From assembly GCF_036365525.1 (NCBI RefSeq), contig NC_090378.1:122807593-122871592 (forward strand): a DNA stretch of 64,000 nt, in the 5' to 3' direction. The translations under genes were made by a program, and so were the position numbers. Each line of letters starts with the position of its first letter. The stretch's first letter is position 1. Positions 57,184-64,000 of this stretch are shown here, in pieces. Below the pieces are notes generated by a model. The model saw only the letters and a program-made list of their open reading frames with translations, was not told the DNA's origin and did no database searches. The stretch comes from Heterodontus francisci (Eukaryota).

Positions 57184-57465
57184 TTAAAGCCTGATGTTAT
57201 TTCCACGATCCACTACACACTCCTGTCCCTGTGGTGCCCACTGCAGCCTGAAGGCCTCAAGTGACCCAGCAGACACCCCCTGCTCCTTCTCCAGGGCCAC
57301 CCGGGTGGGGACAATGCCATGGTAGAGAGACTGGCAGCCAGTGCCACCACCCCCATGGGTCCCATCCAACTCGGGCCTGTGGATGGACACCTTGGCCAGG
57401 CCCAGGAGCAGACCCACGAGGAGGGGCCTCCAACCTGCCCAGTCCCCTCTGCACTGGGTGGCCAA
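57184..57465 (-). mobile_element. Tx1/L1-clade LINE ORF2 C-terminal fragment
   Basis: Minus ORF LLVGLLLGLAKVSIHR...RVALEKEQGVSAGSLEAFRLQWAPQGQECVVDRGNNI matches the recalled C-terminus of shark Tx1-like ORF2 (LGLAK.AI..SR...RV.LE.EH....G.L..F..RWAP). Confidence 0.65.
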
Positions 57466-57829
57466 AGATCAGGAGTGTGGGCCTGAATTAGAACCAGAGG
57501 ATGAGGAGCAGCCCCTTCAAATAATGGAACAGGGGCCACAACCTCTCCCACTCCATGTAGACATGATCCACCGACTCTGAAACTCACTGTTTTCAAATGG
57601 TCCATGAGGAAGACCAGAGTCAGCAACAGAAACATCACATTTACAGAAACACTCCTCCCCTTTTCTCCAGGGCACAGGCAGGTGAGCTCGGTTAGCTGGG
57701 AGATTTTCATTTTCCAGGAATTGAGTGGCTCCAGGTTTTTCCATCTGATGTGGTGGGAAGAGCAGCTGGAAGATTTATCATCGACAAGTAGAATTCCCAA
57801 CTTTCCCAAGCATGGCAGCATGGAATTCA

Positions 57830-58092
57830 AACAGAGAGAGAGAGTGAAGCTGAGACAGCAGGAGAGAGAGAGAAACAGAGACAGTGGGAGAGAGAGAATG
57901 ACAGAAAGAGAGACAGTGAGAGAGAGAGAGAGAGATAAAGAGAGACAGTAGGAGAGAGAGAGAAAGTGCTAGAGAGAGACAGATAGAGAGAGAGAAAGAG
58001 TGAGAGAAAGAGAATGAGAGAAAGAGAGAGAGGGAGATAGTGAGATAGACAGAGGGAAAGAGCACAAGAGGGACAGCGTGAGAGAGAGAGAT
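57830..58092. repeat. (GA)n-rich microsatellite tract
   Basis: Directly visible gaga/gaca repeats. Confidence 0.9.
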
Positions 58093-58866
58093 GGCTGGTT
58101 GGCCCAGTGGACATTGGGACTCTGACTTCTGGCCTATATGAGGGTCCCGAGCCTGCCCATGTCATCAGCACTCGCCGGAGCAACTTTCTGGGAGGCAGCC
58201 TCTTAATTGGTCACCTCCACACTCACTGTCCTATTAATGATGGCAGTCAGGCTCCCGAGCCTGCAGGCCCAATCAGAGGGCCCACAGTGATGTCAGGCTG
58301 GCAGCTCCACCGGGAGAGGTGGGCCCTGCTGAAACAGGCAGGCGAGAGTGAGGGCCCCTCAACATGGAGACGCCCTTGGCTGCCTGCAGAGGAATAGTAA
58401 AATAAAAAGGGCTGAAGCCAGTTGGGCCATCAGGTTGAAGAGGGTTAGGGTTAGGAAACTCCTCCACAGGATTATTAACAGGCGGGACTGCAGCTTTTCA
58501 TCCCTGTAGCTCTGTCATTGGGACATAGAGTCTCCGTCTCCGATGGTCCCCTGGCCTGCTGCCGGGAGGCCTCCTCCATTGAGCTGGTGGCCTCCGCACT
58601 CGGGGGTGGGGAGGCCGCTCCGACGTTGGTAAAATACCAGCACCGGCTCAAAAATGGCCCCTAAATGTGAACTTCATTGCTCTAATTGTCTGCCCATCTC
58701 CATGGAGGCAGCAGATGACCGGTTCCCAGTACACCCATGGGAAAGTAACCCGGAGGCGGGAATGTGTCAGGGAGCCATGTTGACACGGCTCGTCGTATTT
58801 TTCCCAGTCCTGCCCAACCTCCAAATGAGAACCCCGTCTCCATGGCACCGGGAGAATTCATCCCAG
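58093..58866. repeat. GC-rich, probably interspersed repeat (unclassified, possibly a non-autonomous DNA element)
   Basis: GC-rich block between two GA tracts with motifs (cttaattgg, ggcccaatcagagggcc, gtaaaat) recalled from abundant shark repeats. No termini or TSD established. Confidence 0.3.
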
Positions 58867-58869
58867 TCT

Positions 58870-59737
58870 GTTAGAGACAGAGAGAGAGAAAGTGAGAGAG
58901 AGAGAAAGAGAGAGAGAGTGAGAGGGAGAAAAAGAGAGACAGAGTGAGAAAGAGAGACAAAGTGAGAGAGTGAGAGAGAGAGAAAGAGAGAGATAGTGAG
59001 AGGGAGAAAAAGAGAGACAGAGTGAGACTGAATGAGAGNNNNNNNNNNNNNNNNNNNNNNNNNNNNNNNNNNNNNNNNNNNNNNNNNNNNNNNNNNNNNN
59101 NNNNNNNNNNNNNNNNNNNNNNNNNNNNNNNNNNNNNNNNNNNNNNNNNNNNNNNNNNNNNNNNNNNNNNNNNNNNNNNNNNNNNNNNNNNNNNNNNNNN
59201 NNNNNNNNNNNNNNNNAGAGAGACAGAGTGAGGCAGAATGAGAGAGTGAGAGTGAGAAAGAGAGAGAGAGTGAGAGAGAAAGAAAGAGAGAGACAGTGAG
59301 AGGGAGAAAAAGAGAGACAGAGTGAGGGAGTGAGAGAGAGTGAGAAAGAGAGACAGAGTGAGTGAGAGAAAGAGAGAGACAGATTGAGAGAGAGTGTGAG
59401 AGAGAGAGAGCGTGTGACAGAGACAGAGTAACAGGGAGTGAGAGAGAGGGACATAATGAGAGAGTGAAAGAGACAGAGTGAGAGAAAACAATGAGAGAGA
59501 GACAGAATGTGAGAGAAACCCAAAGTAGCAGAGACAGAGTGTGACACACTGTGAACGACACACACAGACAGAGACAGACAGAAGCACACATAGAGACAGA
59601 GACAAATAGATATATATAGAGAGAGTGTGAGAGACAGAGACACACATACACACAGGCAAAGAGTGACAGAGAGAGAGACACAGTGACAGTGAAAGACAGA
59701 GAGAGGGTGAGAGTGAGTGAGTGAAACAGAGAGCAGA
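58870..59737. repeat. (GA)n-rich tract abutting the J RSS, interrupted by an assembly gap
   Basis: gaga/gaca/gagt repeats running up to the J nonamer. Confidence 0.9.
59039..59216. other. Assembly gap (178 N)
   Basis: Run of n characters. Confidence 0.99.
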
Positions 59738-59776
59738 GGATATTGTACAGCCCCTGCACTGGAAGCTGTCAGTGTG
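59738..59776 (-). other. J recombination signal sequence, 23-bp spacer (non-consensus)
   Basis: Plus strand GGATATTGT (59738-59746), 23 bp, CAGTGTG (59770-59776). Read as an RSS this is CACACTG (6/7) - 23 - ACAATATCC (7/9), convergent with the V 12-RSS. Confidence 0.92.
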
Positions 59777-59811
59777 GTTTACGTTCGGTAAAGGAACCAA
59801 GCTCAGACTGA
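59777..59811 (+). CDS. IGKJ: Ig kappa-type J segment (FTFGKGTKLRL-)
   Basis: G TTT ACG TTC GGT AAA GGA ACC AAG CTC AGA CTG A|gtaagt: FGXG motif and a consensus phase-1 donor at 59812, preceded by the 23-RSS. Not in the ORF track because it is short. Confidence 0.95.
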
Positions 59812-60348
59812 GTAAGTAAACCTCAATCCTCCGTTATTAATCCTTTAAATACTGAAACTTTTGAAAACACAAATGCTGAATAGTGGAAGGTGTTAGTAAG
59901 GAGCTGCAGTCAATGAAATGGTTCATTGAAGAGCACTGTGTATAACAGGGTGCCCAGCTGTATTTCTTTAGTTACATTCCCCCTTTAACCAGCAAGATAT
60001 AAGTAACCAACTTTTACCGAGTGTGTAGAGGAGATCTGGACGTTTGCAGACTGTGGTCACATTCCTGCTCCATGGAGTGAAATCCCTCACTAGACTCCTG
60101 CCAGTCTCAGTGTGAGCTCTGGGTCTCTGTCACAGTCTCTGATAGAACTGATCTCAGCACCAGCACAGTGAGACACCAAGGTCCCACCTCCCCCAGCTTT
60201 AACTCTGCTCTGTCCACTCCCTGCTTATCTCTTGTCAAAGTTCTGATGACAAACAGCGACAGCAGGGCTCCCAATCCAGTGGCTTCAGTGTTCCAGGGTT
60301 TTGGGGAGACTCTCAGTTGCTTTGTCTTTGGGTCAAGTTCAGGTCGAT

Positions 60349-61254
60349 TGTTCTGACCAGGTGATGAAAGTCTCTAGGGGTCTTTCACAGCCTTCACCTG
60401 GTCTTACTGTAACAAGATTTAATTTGAAACACACTGTGTGAGGCAAAGAAATGAGCACAAACAGGTTTTCTTAGGTTTAAAGAAGAAAGGTGAAATTTAT
60501 TAAAACTTAAACTAAAACTCTAATTCAGTTAACGCGTACGGATACACGCCATGCCCCATGCTAGCATGCATATGCGATACACACATGCAAATAGAGACAG
60601 AAAAGAGCAGAAGAAAAATAAAGTGCAGAGGTTTGAGGCAATCTCTGAAGAGAGTTTTTGTTACTGTGCTTCGAGCTCACTGTAGTCCTTGCTTGTCGGT
60701 AGGTGTTGCTTTTCATTGGGGCCCAGTATTCTTCTTAAACCTTGTTCACTGTGGGAGACTTTTCCCTCTTGCGGTTCATATGTCTTCAATGATTCCTGAA
60801 GCTGGTCAGAGAGATGAAAGCCAATGGGAGAGAGACAGTGGCAAGCCAGCCATGAAAAGTCTTTTCAGTCCAGGAGCAAACAGCTTTCTGAGTTCAAATT
60901 CTCTGTGGCAAGTTCAAATTCAAAAAACTACAACAGCCAGTTAGTCATGTGACTAAACTGGTCTGGCCATGTCCGATGGTGTAGTCGGCCATCTTAGCAG
61001 TCAAGCTGGAATGGGAGCTCCTCCATCCTCAATGTCTGGTATTCAAAAGTCCATTGTGGATTGAATTTGTCAGGAAATGGTCTTTTGTCCCTTCCAAGTT
61101 CTGTCTGTTATTATGCCAATGTCTTTCCAGTCAAGGGCCTGGTGTTGTTTTTTAAAAACAAGTTCTTTCTTTACTCCAGCAACAGATTAAAAAGCAGTGT
61201 TCATATGGTGAAATTAATGTGCCTCATTCTTGGCAGGTGGGGGCCTGCATGACA
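60349..61254 (-). mobile_element. Solo LTR (~906 bp) in the J-C intron
   Basis: TG...CA termini with imperfect short inverted ends (plus-strand TGTTCTG ... CATGACA). Minus-strand AATAAA near 60495-60500. Flanks TCGAT / CTGAT are a possible decayed 5-bp TSD. No internal gag/pol. Confidence 0.6.
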
Positions 61255-61289
61255 CTGATATTTATCTCTGAACCGATGTCACTGAAAAT

Positions 61290-61460
61290 GTTCATTTACC
61301 TCATTGCTGTTTGTGGGATCTTGCTGTGCACAAATTGTCTGCCACATTTCCTGCATTCAAACAGTGACTGCTCTTTAAACAAGTCCTTCATTGTCTGTAA
61401 ATGACTTTGGGAGGTCCTGAGGTGTGAAATACTCGATATAAATACAAGTCTTTCTTTTCT
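61290..61460 (+). mobile_element. 3' fragment of a DeuSINE-like (SacSINE1-like) SINE
   Basis: tgctgtttgtgggatcttgctgtgcacaaatt...ctttgggaggtcctgaggtgtgaaa...tataaatacaagtctttt is homologous to the 3' part of the element at 61862-62255. Confidence 0.7.
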
Positions 61461-61861
61461 TTTTATTAACCGGGAGCTCCCACAATACCCTGTTGATTAA
61501 AGCTGAACCCAGCAGAAAATCCACAGAAAACCGACTAATGTTTGTCTGATTTGTCTGTGTGTTTATTAGACATGACTGAGCAGATAGCAAGAGTTTCAGC
61601 AGCAACAAAGGTGTTACTCTAGTGCCCCTCCCACTTTCCCCATCGACTTACATAATACTTACGGGGAAAGGGCTCAGCACCTGCCATCGACTGGTTAAAT
61701 GTCACCCCTCTAGACTACAGGTCTCCCGTAATCTGCTCTCCATCTCTCTCCTGAAGGCACTATCTCTGGCTGGGGCACAGCTCCACCCTCCCCAAGTGGC
61801 CTCATTCCTCCAAGTGTGAGCCGGGAGGTTGAGAATGGCAGGCTATTCGACTGTGAGGTTT

Positions 61862-62255
61862 TAGTGTTGCCTCAGTGGGTCGCACTCTCACTTCTGAGTC
61901 AGAATGTCGTGGCTTCAAGTCCCACTCCAGAGACTGGAGCACATAATCCAGGCTGACACTACAGTGCAGTATTGAGGGAGTGCTGCATTGTCAGAGGTGC
62001 TGTCTTTCAGATGAGACAAACTGACGTCTGCCCTCTCAGGTGAATGTAAAGGATCCCACTGCACTATTAGAAGAGCAGGGGAGTTCTCCTCGGTGTTCTG
62101 GACAATGTTTATCACTCAACCAACAGCACTGAAAATCAGATTATCTGCTCATTATCACTCAGCTGTCTGGGATCTTGCTGTGCACAATTGGCCGTAAAAC
62201 ACTTTGGGACATCCTGAGGTAGTGACAGGCACTATAGAAATGCAAGTCTTTCTTT
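61862..62255 (+). mobile_element. Near-full-length tRNA-headed DeuSINE-like (SacSINE1-like) SINE
   Basis: tRNA-like head with A/B boxes (tgcctcagtggg...ggcttcaagtccc), central gagggagtgctgcattgtcagaggtgctgtctttcagatgagac...gtaaaggatcccactgcactatt domain, and an L2-type tail ggcactatagaaatgcaagtctttcttt. Confidence 0.75.
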
Positions 62256-62689
62256 GAGTTTGGAGGCTCCTGATCCTGACCCTCGCGCACACTCTCACCT
62301 TCCAGGGGTCATGGGATCATTTGGAGCAGTGACCCTGCCTGACCCCAGTACACTGAGACTGATTATAACCTCACCCTTGACCTCACCCCAGTGTTGGACA
62401 AGAAGGTTTTAAATGAAATCGAAAACCTTCTGCACCGACACCCAACATGAATCCTTTCTGACATGTGTTGATACAAGTCTGCTCCAGTGTTCTCGGAGAA
62501 AGTTCTCAGGATGTGTGTGTGATCTGAGATTTGTTAACACTGAGCCTGTTTCCTCCAGATAGACTGATCTACAGTTCGAGCTTCCTGTCAGGTTAACAGT
62601 GTCTTAAAGGGACACTGAGTCTTTAAACACTCTTACTATTAACCATTTCAGTGCTGAATTGGTGATAAACCTTCATTAGAGACATTTAT

Positions 62690-64000
62690 ACAGAGAAACA
62701 TAGAAAGATTTACAATGCAGATGAGGCCATTCGGCCCATGGTTTCCATGCCAGCTGAAAATGAGTTAACAAACCTAATCCCACTTTCCAGCTCTTATTCC
62801 CATATCCCTGTAGGTTTCGGCACCTCAAGTGCATATCCAAGTGTTTTTTCAATGTGATGAGAGTTTCTGCCTCTACCACCCTTTCAGGCAGTGAGTTCCA
62901 GACCCCCAACACCCTCTGGGTGAAAATATTACTCCTCAATTCACCTCTCACCCTTCCACCAATTAATTTAAATCTATGCCGCTGGGTTATTGACCTCTCT
63001 GCTGCGGGAAGTAGGTCCTTCCTATCCACTCTATCTAGGCCCCTCATAATTTTATACACCTCAATTAAATCTCCCCTCAGTCTCCTCTGTTCCAGAGATA
63101 ACAATCCCAGCCGATCCTATCTTTCCTCATAGGTAAAATTCTCCATTCCTGGTAACATCCTCGTAAATCTCCTCTGTACCCCCTCTTGTTTGATCACATC
63201 CTTCCTGTAATGTGGTGACCAGAACTGTACACAGTTTTCTAGCTGTGGTCTAACTAGTGTTTTCTACAGTTCTGGCATAACCTCCTTACCCTTATACTCC
63301 AGGCCTCAGCGAATAAGGGCAAGCATCCCGTAAGCCTTCTTAACCACCTTATCTAGCTGTCCTGCGACCTTCAGGGATCTGTGGACATGAACTCCAAGGT
63401 CCCTCAGTTCCTCTACACTTCTCAGTATCATCCCATTTATTGGATATTCCTTTGCCTCGTTTGTCCTCCCCAAATGCATTACCTCACATTTCTCTGGACT
63501 GAATTCCATTTGCTATTTTTCTGCCCACCTGACCAGTCCATTGATATCTTCCTGCAGTCTACAGCTTTTTTCCTCATTATCAACCGCAAGGCCTATTTTT
63601 GTATCATCTACAAACTTCTTAATACCCCTTCCATTTAAATCTAAATCATTGAAAGATACTATAATCAGCAGTGGACCCAGTACTGAGCCCTGCAGAACCC
63701 CACTGAAAACAGCTTTCCACTCACAAAAACACCCGTTGACAATAAAACTTTGCTTCCTGTCACTGACTCAATTTTTGATCCAATTTCCCACTTTTCCTTG
63801 GATCCCATGGGCTTTTAATTTTCTGACCAGTCTGCCATGTGGGATCTTATCAAAGGCCTTGCTAAAATCCATGTAGACTATATCAAACATGACGCCCACT
63901 TTGACACTCCTTGTAACCTCCTCATGAAATGTAATCGTTAGTCAGACACAAACTTCCCTTAACAAATCCATGCTGACTGTCCTGAATTAATCCCGTGTTT
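62690..64000 (-). mobile_element. CR1 LINE RT 3' part, decayed; continues off the right edge
   Basis: Minus strand VYMDFSKAFDKIPH (~63838-63880), FVDDTK (~63598-63615), MEFSPEKCEVMHLG, SLEQRRLRGDLIEVYKIMRG...FTQRVLGVWNSLP, and tail gggccgaatggcctcatctgcattgtaaatctttctatg. Confidence 0.93.

Noticed and set aside
59751-59761. CCCCTGCACTG shared by the J-RSS spacer and a satellite variant (e.g. ~10475)
   Set aside because: Only 11 bp, found in a minority variant with no flanking similarity. Not enough to derive the satellite from the J RSS.
8414-59776. Germline-joined VJ gene or an autonomous RAG-like transposon
   Set aside because: V and J both retain RSSs and are separate, so the gene is not joined. 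The interval encodes no transposase.
58767-59800. Long Ser/Leu-rich minus-strand ORFs (also 7188-7931 and 57778-58183)
   Set aside because: They are stop-free translations of (CT)n tracts, some running through the N gap.
61862-61930. tRNA gene
   Set aside because: The tRNA-like A/B boxes are the head of a SINE and continue into SINE body and tail. No complete cloverleaf or terminator was seen.
59812-64000. Constant-region exon
   Set aside because: No C1-set motifs (e.g. PPS...ATLVCL...FYP...W) were found. The C exon presumably lies beyond the window.

Overview
Vertebrate genomic DNA, almost certainly from a cartilaginous fish (shark). The window holds the 5' part of one immunoglobulin light-chain kappa-type (nurse-shark NS4/type III-like) cluster in unrearranged, split configuration. 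It runs: promoter, leader exon (7877-7925), an intact V exon (8112-8413) with a perfect 12-RSS (8414-8441), and a J segment (59777-59811) with a non-consensus 23-RSS (59738-59776). No C exon was seen in the window. The striking feature is the V-J interval of ~51 kb, of which ~48.3 kb (8447-56721) is one tandem array of ~790 copies of a 61-bp unit starting 5 bp after the V nonamer. Each unit reads as a degenerate 23-RSS (CACAGTT-23 bp-ACACAGTCC). About 14 variant units carry an 8/9 nonamer and two carry a perfect heptamer. The array has nested higher-order duplications. Flanks contain decayed CR1/L2-group and Tx1-like LINE pieces, DeuSINE-like SINEs, a solo LTR with a perfect octamer in the J-C intron, GA microsatellites, a 43-bp minisatellite and a 178-N assembly gap between the array and J. 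The many short Cys/Tyr/Ile-rich ORFs in the track are artefacts of the satellite. All family assignments are from motif recognition, not from searches.
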